Positions 40,147-47,888 of a DNA stretch of 64,000 nucleotides are shown piece by piece (the stretch's first letter is position 1; each line of letters begins with the position of its first letter). The stretch spans positions 1,216,001-1,280,000 of the forward strand of contig JBKAGP010000001.1 in assembly GCA_046290465.1 (NCBI GenBank), given 5' to 3'. The DNA comes from Planctomycetota bacterium. GTDB lineage: Bacteria; Planctomycetota; UBA1135; UBA2386. Below the pieces are notes generated by a model. The model was not told where the DNA came from. It saw nothing but the letters and a program-made list of their open reading frames with translations, and made no database searches. Both the position numbers and the translations under genes were made by a program.

Positions 40147-40176
40147 ACTCTACCGCCCCAACCCGTTGTGTGTCAA
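40147..40176 (-). promoter_or_regulatory. Sigma70-type promoter of nrdR-(ATP-cone)-smc
   Basis: TTGACA (40176-40171), 18 nt, TAGAGT (40152-40147). Confidence 0.7.
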
Positions 40177-40200
40177 AACCCCAGCACGATCCCGTCGGAC

Positions 40201-41523
40201 CTACTTGCCGAGGCAGAACCGACCGTAGATACGGTCCAACAGGTGCTCCGGCGAGTGCTCACCGGCGATTCCGTCGAGGGCGCGCAGCGCCGCCTGCAGC
40301 TCGACCGCGGCCAGTTCGGGGGCGACGGCGGCGGCGTCCAGCGCGCGCAGCAGCGCTCCGCGGCAGTGCTGCAGCGCGGTGCGCAGCGGGCCACCGGCGT
40401 CGGTGGTCGCCGAACCGGCGCTGCGAACGAGGGTCCGGCGCAGCTCCTCGACGCCGCGCAGGTCGTCGGCGCTGGTCGCGAACACGCGCCCCGCGGCCGG
40501 CAGCCGGGCGCGCACCGATTCGTCCAGCGCCGGGGCCGCGTCGACCAGGTCGCACTTGGTGAACGCCACCCCGAACCACGGCAGCGGCGAGCGCGTCGCC
40601 ATCGGCGGCACGTGCGGATCGGTCGCGTCGAGCACCAGCAGCAGGCCGGCGGCGCGGCCGGCCAGCCGTTCGCGCAGCTGCAGCGCCGCCAGGTCGGCGG
40701 CGGTCGGATCGTCGAGGTCGCCGGGGGCGTCCCACAGGTGCACCCCCGGCGCGACCTCGACCCGCAGCAGGTCGCGGGTGGTGCCGGCGTGGTCGGCGAC
40801 CAGCGCATGGCTGCGGCCGGCCAGCGCGTTGGCCAGGGACGACTTGCCGGCGTTGGCGCGGCCCACCAGCAGCAGCTCGCCGCCGGGCGCCGACGCCGGC
40901 AGCGACGCCAGCAGCGCGTCGAGCCGTTCGCGCAGCGGCAGCAGCGGATCGCGCCACAGCTCGGGCGCGACCGCGCCGGTGTCGAGGTCGTCGAAGTCGA
41001 AGCCGACCTCGAGCAGCGCCAGCCGGTCCTGCAGTTCGCCGCGCACGCTGCGCACCGCGTCGGCCAGACCACCGTTGAGCCACTGCACCGCCGCCTGCGC
41101 CTGCTGGCGGTCCTGCGCGTGCAGCAGCAGCAGCAGGCCCTCGGCCTGGGCGAGGTCGAGGCGGCCGTGCTCGCACGCGCGGGCGGTGAACTCGCCGGGC
41201 AGCGCCTCACGCACGCCGCTCGCGTCGCCGTCGCGCAGCATCTGCTCCTGCAGCAGCCGCACCAGCAGCGGCGAACCCGGCACGTGCAGCTCGACGACGT
41301 GCTCGCCGGTGAACGAACGCGGCGCCACCATCGTCAGCGCGCACGCTTCGAGGCGCTGCGAACGCACGGTGACGTGGCCGTCGAGCTGCGCGCGCTGCAC
41401 GACCGGTGCCGGCGCGAACACGCGCGCGGCGACCTCGAACGCGCGCGGCCCCGAGACGCGCAGCACCGCGCGTTCGCCCGGCCCCGACGCGCTGGCCAGC
41501 GCGACGATCGTGTCGCCGATCAT
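40201..41523 (-). CDS. mnmE: tRNA modification GTPase MnmE (divergent)
   Basis: DTIVALAS, PRSFTGE...ELH, PGEFTARA, RLDLAQAE, GRANAGKSS, GTTRD, C-terminal FCLGK. Confidence 0.9.
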   Translation of the reverse strand: MIGDTIVALASASGPGERAVLRVSGPRAFEVAARVFAPAPVVQRAQLDGHVTVRSQRLEACALTMVAPRSFTGEHVVELHVPGSPLLVRLLQEQMLRDGDASGVREALPGEFTARACEHGRLDLAQAEGLLLLLHAQDRQQAQAAVQWLNGGLADAVRSVRGELQDRLALLEVGFDFDDLDTGAVAPELWRDPLLPLRERLDALLASLPASAPGGELLLVGRANAGKSSLANALAGRSHALVADHAGTTRDLLRVEVAPGVHLWDAPGDLDDPTAADLAALQLRERLAGRAAGLLLVLDATDPHVPPMATRSPLPWFGVAFTKCDLVDAAPALDESVRARLPAAGRVFATSADDLRGVEELRRTLVRSAGSATTDAGGPLRTALQHCRGALLRALDAAAVAPELAAVELQAALRALDGIAGEHSPEHLLDRIYGRFCLGK

Positions 41524-41550
41524 CGCCGGCCTCGGTCGCGCCAGCGGCGG

Positions 41551-42786
41551 CTAGGCATGCAGCCCCGCGAGGCGCCCGGTCGCGAACGCCGCCTGGAAGT
41601 TGAAGCCGCCGATCGGGCCGTCGATGTCGAGCAGTTCGCCGACCACGAACAGGCCCGGCTGCAGCTTGGACTGCATCGTGCGCGCGTCGACCTCGTCGAG
41701 CGCGACGCCGCCGCGGGTCACCTCGGCGGCGCCGTAGCCGAGGCTCTTCGGCACCGGCACGCGCAGGTCCTTGACCGCCGTCAGCAGGCTGCGGCGCGCG
41801 TCCTTGGAGAGCCCCGCGAGCGTGGTCTCGGCGGCGGCCCCGCTGTGCGCGACCAGCGCCTGACGCATGCGCTCGGGCAGCGCGCGCGGCAGCAGCGCGT
41901 CGACGCGGCGCGTGCCGTGGGCCCTGGCCAGCTCGAGCCACTGCTGTTCGAGCCGTTCGCGGTGCGTGTCGGGAGCGAAGTCGAACCGCGCGCTGGCGCA
42001 TCCGCGCTGCTCCTCGACGTCGCCGGCGAGGTCCATCGGCGCCGGCCCGCTGAGCCCCTTGTGGGTGAACAGGATCGGCCGACGGCGCCGCAGCGTCTCC
42101 TTGCCGTCGCCGCCGACGCAGGCGATGTCGACGTCGTGCAGCACGATGCCCTGCAGGCCGTGCACCCAGCGCTCGTCGACGCGCAGCGGCGCCAGCGCCG
42201 GGAACGTCGCGGTGATCGTGTGCCCGAACGAACGACACCACGCGTAGCCGTCGCCGGTCGCGCCGGTCTTGGGGTAGCTGAGGCCGCCGGTCGCGAGCAC
42301 CACGCGGTCGGCCAGCAGCGCGCCCTTGCCGGTGGTGACGACGAAGCGGTCGCCGTCGCGCGTCACCTGCTCGACCGGCGCCTCGCGCACCAGCTCGACG
42401 CCCGCGTCGGCGCAGCACCGCAGCAGCGCGTCGACGACGTCGCGCGCCTTCTGCGAGACCGGGAACAGCTTCTCGAGGTCCTCCTCGCGCAGCGGCACCC
42501 CGGCCTGCTCGACGAACCGGCGCAGCGCGGTCGGCGGGAACGCCCGCAGCGCGTGGCGCAGCCAGCGGCCGCGGCGCTTGCCGTACTGGGCCTCGAGGTC
42601 CTTGCCCTCACGCGTCGTGGTGAGGTTGCAGCGGCCACCGCCGCTGATCAGGATCTTCAGGCCGGGCCGCTGGTTCTTCTCCAGCAGCACCGTGCGCCGG
42701 CCGCGGCCGGCGGCCTGGATGGCCGCCATCATGCCGGCGGCGCCGCCGCCGACGACGAGCACGTCCGCCCGTTCGCCGGCAGACAG
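41551..42786 (-). CDS. HI0933/YhiN-family flavoprotein
   Basis: GGGAAG, KILISGGGRCNLT, LATGGLSYPKTGATGDG, LFTHKGLSGP, VTRGGV, GGFNFQAAF; start at CTG 42786 (after a GGAGGAG SD) or GTG 42762. Confidence 0.9.
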   Translation of the reverse strand: MSAGERADVLVVGGGAAGMMAAIQAAGRGRRTVLLEKNQRPGLKILISGGGRCNLTTTREGKDLEAQYGKRRGRWLRHALRAFPPTALRRFVEQAGVPLREEDLEKLFPVSQKARDVVDALLRCCADAGVELVREAPVEQVTRDGDRFVVTTGKGALLADRVVLATGGLSYPKTGATGDGYAWCRSFGHTITATFPALAPLRVDERWVHGLQGIVLHDVDIACVGGDGKETLRRRRPILFTHKGLSGPAPMDLAGDVEEQRGCASARFDFAPDTHRERLEQQWLELARAHGTRRVDALLPRALPERMRQALVAHSGAAAETTLAGLSKDARRSLLTAVKDLRVPVPKSLGYGAAEVTRGGVALDEVDARTMQSKLQPGLFVVGELLDIDGPIGGFNFQAAFATGRLAGLHA

Positions 42787-42790
42787 AGGA

Positions 42791-42991
42791 CTACTCCTCC
42801 GACTTCGACTCGGACTTCTCGGCGTCGGCGTTGCCGTCGGCCTTCTTGTCGTCGTCCACGGGCTCGGTGATGCGGAGCACGGGGCGGCTGCCGATCGGCT
42901 CCTTGCGGTTGGTCGAGTAGCCCTTGCCCATCTTCTTGGGCTTGAAGCGGCCCGCGGTCGCGCCGCCAGCCTTGTATCGGGAACGTGCCAT
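42791..42991 (-). CDS. 66-aa hypothetical protein with basic N-terminal half and acidic tail
   Basis: Strong SD (AAGGAG) 7 nt before the ATG; GC3-biased codons; sits between rplC and the YhiN-family gene. Confidence 0.75.
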   Translation of the reverse strand: MARSRYKAGGATAGRFKPKKMGKGYSTNRKEPIGSRPVLRITEPVDDDKKADGNADAEKSESKSEE

Positions 42992-43021
42992 GTCTGGTCT
43001 CCTTGGTTGGCTGGGTGTGGG

Positions 43022-43831
43022 TTACTTCTTGCCCTTGGCGATCATCGCCTTGGCAGCCGCGTTGGCGACCTGCATGCCCGGCTTGTCGGTCAGATCCCGC
43101 TCGTTCTTCACGGTGCGGTTGATCATCAGGTAGCCGTTGACGTGACCCGGGACCGCGCCGCGCAGGAAGATCAGGTTGCGCTCCTTGTCGATCTCCACGA
43201 TCTCGAGGCGCTGGATCGTCACCTGCTCGACCCCGTAGTGGCCGGCCATCTTCTTGCCCTTCGGGACACCGTGGCTGGTCGAGTACTGACGGCCGATGCC
43301 ACCCGCGCGGCGGTGGTTGATCGAGTTACCGTGCGAGGCGTCCTGCGTCGCGAAGTTCCAGCGCTTGATCGTGCCGGTCCAGCCGCGGCCCTTGGTGATG
43401 CCGGTGACGTCGACGTGGCGCACGTCTTCGAGGATGTCCACCGAGATGGTGTCGCCGGGAGCGACGGTCGGAGCTTCGTCGAGGCGGAACTCCTTCGTGA
43501 ACCGCATCGCGTTGTCGAGGCCAGCGGCCTTGGCGTGGCCGAGCTCGGCCTTGTTGCTGGTGCGCACGGGCTTGTCGTCCAAGCCGAGCTGGACCGCGTA
43601 GTAGCCGTCGGCAGCGCGCGAACGCTCGGTCCGGCCGCTCTTCTTGCCCTTGTTGTGGTGGGCGGTGCGGTGGCCTTCCGGGTGCTCGCCAGCGAGCACG
43701 TTCTTGACCTGCGTGACCTTGCAGGGGCCGGCCTGGACGACCGTGACCGGCACGCAGGTGCCGTCGTCGCGGAACAGCTGGGTCATCCCGAGCTTCTTGC
43801 CCAGGATGCCGAGGGTCTTTCTACCCGTCAT
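43022..43831 (-). CDS. rplC: 50S ribosomal protein L3 (uL3) with internal insertion and C-terminal extension
   Basis: GILGKKLGMTQ, PVTVV, DGY-x-AVQLG, VDVTGITKGRG, SHG, KGKKMAG, GAVPG. Confidence 0.95.
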   Translation of the reverse strand: MTGRKTLGILGKKLGMTQLFRDDGTCVPVTVVQAGPCKVTQVKNVLAGEHPEGHRTAHHNKGKKSGRTERSRAADGYYAVQLGLDDKPVRTSNKAELGHAKAAGLDNAMRFTKEFRLDEAPTVAPGDTISVDILEDVRHVDVTGITKGRGWTGTIKRWNFATQDASHGNSINHRRAGGIGRQYSTSHGVPKGKKMAGHYGVEQVTIQRLEIVEIDKERNLIFLRGAVPGHVNGYLMINRTVKNERDLTDKPGMQVANAAAKAMIAKGKK

Positions 43832-43931
43832 CGTGTGGTTCTCCGGGGAGCGTGGCGCTCCCGTGAAGTCAGGGGCGAAGAGGTCTGCACGGCCACCAGT
43901 GGCCGGCGTACGTTCGCTGTTGGGGCGGAAC

Positions 43932-43937
43932 ATGCTA
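43932..43937 (-). promoter_or_regulatory. Candidate -10 element (TAGCAT) giving rplC its own ~95-nt leader
   Basis: Recurrent hexamer; the leader has two hairpins (GGCCA/TGGCC and GGGAGCG/CGCTCCC). Confidence 0.4.
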
Positions 43938-44038
43938 GGGAGCAGGTCCGGACATGCAACCCCGGATCCGGAGGTATCGGCCCGGCGCCCCCGCCGACCT
44001 GACCGGCGGCGGCCGCAACCGCCGCTGCCAGCGGCGGC

Positions 44039-45622
44039 TCAGCGCACGAACGAGCGCAGGCCGAGGGCCAGCAGGCCGGCGACGATGCACCAGCGCGCGA
44101 GGCTGCGTTCGGCGGTGCCGAACCGCGGCAGCGGCCGCGACTGCGGCGGCTGGGCGTAGCGCAGCTCGAGCTCCCCCGCCGGCGGCTCGTCGCCCTCGAC
44201 AACCAGGGTCGCGGCGTCGCCGTAGCTGCGCACGAAGCCGCGCCGCAGCAGCTGCGGGAACGCGGCCAGCAGCGGCAGGTTGCCGTCCTGCAGCCGGAAC
44301 GCGAAGTGGATCGACGCGACCCCCTCTCCCTGCACCAGCACCGCCAGCGGCGTGCGCTGGGCCCCTTCGTCGGACCACAGCAGCGGTTCGCCGTCGGGCA
44401 GCAGCCCGCGCCAGGCCCGCTCGACGCGCAGCTCCGACAGGTCGAGGCCTCGGGTCAGCGCGTGCTCGCGCGCCCAGTCGATCGCGGCCGGGGCATTCCA
44501 GACCTCGGGCTCGGCCGGGCCGTCGGCGAGCCGCGTGCCGAACGTCATCGCGCGCACCTGGCCGGCCTCGACCTCGGCGGCGCCGCCGTCGACCAGCAGC
44601 AGGCCGACCTCGCCGCCGGCCGTCGGCGGCACCACGCGCCCGCCCACCTCGTCGGCCAGCGCCTTGGCGGCGACCGCGGCGAACGGCCCCGCCTCGGCGT
44701 CGGCGAGCACCGCGATGCGCGGCGCCGGCAGCGGCGGCAGGCGCACGACGCGCGCGTCGTCCTGCGACAGCACGTCCCCGGCCAGTGCCACGCGCAGCTC
44801 GAGTTCGCCGCCGGCGGCGTCGCGGCGCAGGTCGAGCCGCACGGTCGTCGCGATGCTGTCGCGCCAGTCGACCACCCGACGCTCCTCGCCGCCGTCGATC
44901 GCGCCGCGCGCGAACAGGCCGACCTCGACGCCTTCGTCGGCGTGCACCACCAGGTCGACCGCGACCTGCAGCGACGGCAGCGGCCAGGCGTCCTGCACCC
45001 GCACCGCGACGATCGCCGCGTTGGGGCCGCGCGCGTCGAACACGTCGAGCGCCCCGGTCTTCGGCACGCGCACCTGCGCTTGGCCGTCGGTCAGCGTCCA
45101 CACCGCGGTGCGTTCGTCCTGCAGCGAGTCGGCGAGTTCGCCGAGGTCGACGTCGAGCGGTCCCGCCGGCACGCCGAGGTCGGCGAGCTGCCGCGCCGCC
45201 TCGCCGTAGCGTCGCCGCAGGTCGCCACCGCAGCGCAGCAGCGTCACGTCGACGTGCTCGGGCACCGCGGCGAGCCGCGACGTGAGCGCTTGGCGCGCCC
45301 GCGCGAACGCCGCCTCGCCGTCGTGCTCGGCGGCCATGCTGCGCGACCCGTCGAGCAGCACGACCAGCCGGTCCGGCCCGGGCTCGCCCGGCAACGTCGG
45401 CCCGGCGGCGGCCAGCGACGCGGCCGCGAGCGCCAGCGCCAGCAGCAGGAACCGCAGCAGCGAGCCGCGCGGCGGCCGGCGCCGCAGCGCCCGCATCGCC
45501 AGCTGCCACTGCGGCAGGTGCGCGGTCCACAGCTGCTTGCTCGGCTTCGGCGGCCGCGACAGCCACCACAGCAGCGGCAGCGCCAGCAGCGCCCACAAGA
45601 ACTCCGGGTGCTGCAGGTTCAT
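44039..45622 (-). CDS. BatA N-terminal domain plus vWA-like protein
   Basis: MNLQHPEFLWALLALP, LAAAGP, VVLLDGSRSM (MIDAS-like), C-terminal TM. Confidence 0.8.
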   Translation of the reverse strand: MNLQHPEFLWALLALPLLWWLSRPPKPSKQLWTAHLPQWQLAMRALRRRPPRGSLLRFLLLALALAAASLAAAGPTLPGEPGPDRLVVLLDGSRSMAAEHDGEAAFARARQALTSRLAAVPEHVDVTLLRCGGDLRRRYGEAARQLADLGVPAGPLDVDLGELADSLQDERTAVWTLTDGQAQVRVPKTGALDVFDARGPNAAIVAVRVQDAWPLPSLQVAVDLVVHADEGVEVGLFARGAIDGGEERRVVDWRDSIATTVRLDLRRDAAGGELELRVALAGDVLSQDDARVVRLPPLPAPRIAVLADAEAGPFAAVAAKALADEVGGRVVPPTAGGEVGLLLVDGGAAEVEAGQVRAMTFGTRLADGPAEPEVWNAPAAIDWAREHALTRGLDLSELRVERAWRGLLPDGEPLLWSDEGAQRTPLAVLVQGEGVASIHFAFRLQDGNLPLLAAFPQLLRRGFVRSYGDAATLVVEGDEPPAGELELRYAQPPQSRPLPRFGTAERSLARWCIVAGLLALGLRSFVR

Positions 45623-46524
45623 CGCGCGCACGCCGCCACGATCGGCAGGTGGTCGGCCAGCACCGGTTGGTCGACGGCGCGCTCGGCGAACGCCCAGCGC
45701 AGCAGCGGCGAGCCGGTCTCGGCGAACATGCGACGCTGCTGCCGTTCGAGCAGGCCGAGCTGGCGGCGCAGCTCGCGGTGCAGCGCGCGGTCGACGGGCA
45801 CCGACAGCTCGCGGAACGTCTCCGGGTCGACCACCCGCAGGTAGCCGCCACTCGGCGGCGCCTCGTCCTCGGGCACCACCGGCAGCCAGCCGGTCACCTT
45901 GGCGCCGCGGCGCCGCAGCGCGTGCAGCGGCCGTTCGAATGCCTGCGGCGGTGCGAAGTCGCTGATCCAGTGCACGCGGCCGACCATCTCGCCCTCGAGC
46001 ACCAGCGCGCTCGCGACCGCCGGCTCGGCGTCGACGACCGGCAGCGCGTGCAGGTGTTCGAGCAGGGCCGGCAGCTGGGCGATGCCGACGAAGCGCTGGC
46101 TCGGGTTGGCTGCCCCGGGCGCGACGACCGTGACCCCGTCGAGGCGCGCCAGCGCCAGGCCGCCGATCACCGCGGCCAGCCGCAGCGCCCCGACCCGCCG
46201 CTGCGGGGTGCCCGCCAGCAGGCTCGCCGACAGGTCGAGCGCAATCGTCACCGCGCGCCGGTCGTCCTCCTGCAGCTGCTTGGTGAACAGTTCGCCGGTG
46301 CGCGCGTAGGCCGACCAGTCGAGGTGGCGCAGGTCATCGCCGCGTTCGTAGCGACGGTGGCCGACGAACGTGCCGCTCTGGCTCAACACCGCGCGCCGCG
46401 CGCGCAGCCGCTCGACCCGGCCGGCGTCGATCCGGCTGCGGGTCGCGAGCAGCGCCGGCAGCAGCGCGCGGAACGCCTTGCCGAACGGCTCCTGCACCGC
46501 CGGCAGCCTGCCTCGTCGCGCCAT
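45619..46524 (-). CDS. DUF58 family protein
   Basis: FVGHRRYERGDDLRHLDWSAYART, LDLSAS, WISDF. Confidence 0.9.
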   Translation of the reverse strand: MARRGRLPAVQEPFGKAFRALLPALLATRSRIDAGRVERLRARRAVLSQSGTFVGHRRYERGDDLRHLDWSAYARTGELFTKQLQEDDRRAVTIALDLSASLLAGTPQRRVGALRLAAVIGGLALARLDGVTVVAPGAANPSQRFVGIAQLPALLEHLHALPVVDAEPAVASALVLEGEMVGRVHWISDFAPPQAFERPLHALRRRGAKVTGWLPVVPEDEAPPSGGYLRVVDPETFRELSVPVDRALHRELRRQLGLLERQQRRMFAETGSPLLRWAFAERAVDQPVLADHLPIVAACAR

Positions 46525-46526
46525 CG

Positions 46527-47618
46527 CTACTTGCCGCCCCGCTTCTGCAGTTCGTCGAAGAATCGCCGCACGATCGCGCGCTCGTGCTCGGGAACGTGCC
46601 GCGACCGCAGCGCCTTCTCGGCGGCGCGGTCGAAGCGGACGTCGGTCGGCCGCGGCACCTCGGGTCGATCGCCGGCACCGCCCTGCGGCCGCGTCTGCGG
46701 CGCCCCGCCCGGGGCCGGCTGTTCGAGTTCGGCCGCGTGCATGCGTTCGCGTCGGGTCGGCCCGTCCCCGATGTAGTCCGGCAGCACGAAGCGCTGGTCG
46801 TCGGGCCGGTCCACCAGCGGCGGCACCTCGTCGGGTTCGCTCGGATCCGGCTCCTTGCCGTCGGGACCGACCGGCACCGGCTGCGGCGGCGCCGCACCGT
46901 CCGGCGGGTCCTGCGCATCCTCGCCGCCGCTGCCGTCGGCTCCGCCCGGTTGCGGCACCGCACCACTGCCGCCGCCGCCTTCGCCGTTGGCGTCGCCGCT
47001 CTCGGGCGTGTCGGGCCGGCCCCCGACGGCGCCGCGCCACGGCGGCTGGATCCACAGGCTCAACAGCCAGGCCAGCAGCAAGAGCAACAGCGCCGGCAGC
47101 AACCAGCGCCAGCGGCCGAGCTGCGGCCTCGAGACCGCGCGCAGCGCCACCTTGCGGTGCGGCTGCAGCCGTGCGTGCACGTCGCTCTCGAGCCAGCGCA
47201 GCATGCCGCGCCGATCGCCTACCGCGGCGACGCCGGTGGCCTGCGCAGCGACGCGGTCGAACTCGAGCCAGGTCAGCAGTTCGTCGTTGAGCATCGCCGC
47301 ATCGATGCCGGCCTCGCGCATGCTCGCGCGCATCGCGGTCAGCACGCCTCTGCTGTGCCACCAGGCCCGCACGGTCGCGACCAGCACGATCGGCAGCAGC
47401 CCGAGCACGCAGACCCGCGCGACCGACCAGGCCATCGCCGGCCACAGCCACGCGACCAGCACCGCCGGCAGCGCGAACAGCAGGCCCCAGCGCAGCGCGG
47501 CGCCGACGCCGCGGCCGCAGACGTGGCGCCAGCGCAGGCCGGCCGCGAACCGGCGCAGCGCCGGGCCCGCTCGGTTCGCTGGTTCGAGGCCGCCGTGCAC
47601 GCCCCGATCATGCGCCAC
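46527..47618 (-). CDS. Hypothetical membrane protein with Gly/Pro/Asp-rich region
   Basis: 3 TM segments; C-terminal VPEHERAIVRRFF typical of DUF58/vWA operon members; start at 47618 or 47600 (GTG). Confidence 0.7.
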   Translation of the reverse strand: MAHDRGVHGGLEPANRAGPALRRFAAGLRWRHVCGRGVGAALRWGLLFALPAVLVAWLWPAMAWSVARVCVLGLLPIVLVATVRAWWHSRGVLTAMRASMREAGIDAAMLNDELLTWLEFDRVAAQATGVAAVGDRRGMLRWLESDVHARLQPHRKVALRAVSRPQLGRWRWLLPALLLLLLAWLLSLWIQPPWRGAVGGRPDTPESGDANGEGGGGSGAVPQPGGADGSGGEDAQDPPDGAAPPQPVPVGPDGKEPDPSEPDEVPPLVDRPDDQRFVLPDYIGDGPTRRERMHAAELEQPAPGGAPQTRPQGGAGDRPEVPRPTDVRFDRAAEKALRSRHVPEHERAIVRRFFDELQKRGGK

Positions 47619-47628
47619 ATCCTCCGAG

Positions 47629-47672
47629 AAGAAAACGACCGGGACGGGGGCAACGCACCCCCGCCCCGGCCA
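47629..47672 (-). terminator. Intrinsic terminator-like hairpin
   Basis: On -: GGCCGGGGCGGGGG-tgcgttg-CCCCCGTCCCGGTC followed by GTTTTCTT. Confidence 0.65.
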
Positions 47673-47888
47673 ACTCAGAAGGAGGAGAGGTTGCAGCTAT
47701 CGTCCGCGCGCCGCATCGACCGCCGCCGCACGCCCGTTCGGGAGCGGCCCGGCGGCAGCGGCCGCCGCCAGAGCCACGCTGGCACCGGTGCGGCGCGGAC
47801 CGGTCTCGCGGCGGGACCGGTGTGCGATTCTGCTACAGGTGCTGGCCGAGAGCCGTCGCGACGGTCCCGCCGGGCGCCGCATCCGCCG

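Noticed and set aside
40155..40172. Possible NrdR box (ACACAACGGGTTGGGG on -) within the nrdR promoter spacer
   Set aside because: The flanks match acaCwA...TwG, but the central tATa is absent and I found no second box about 31 bp away
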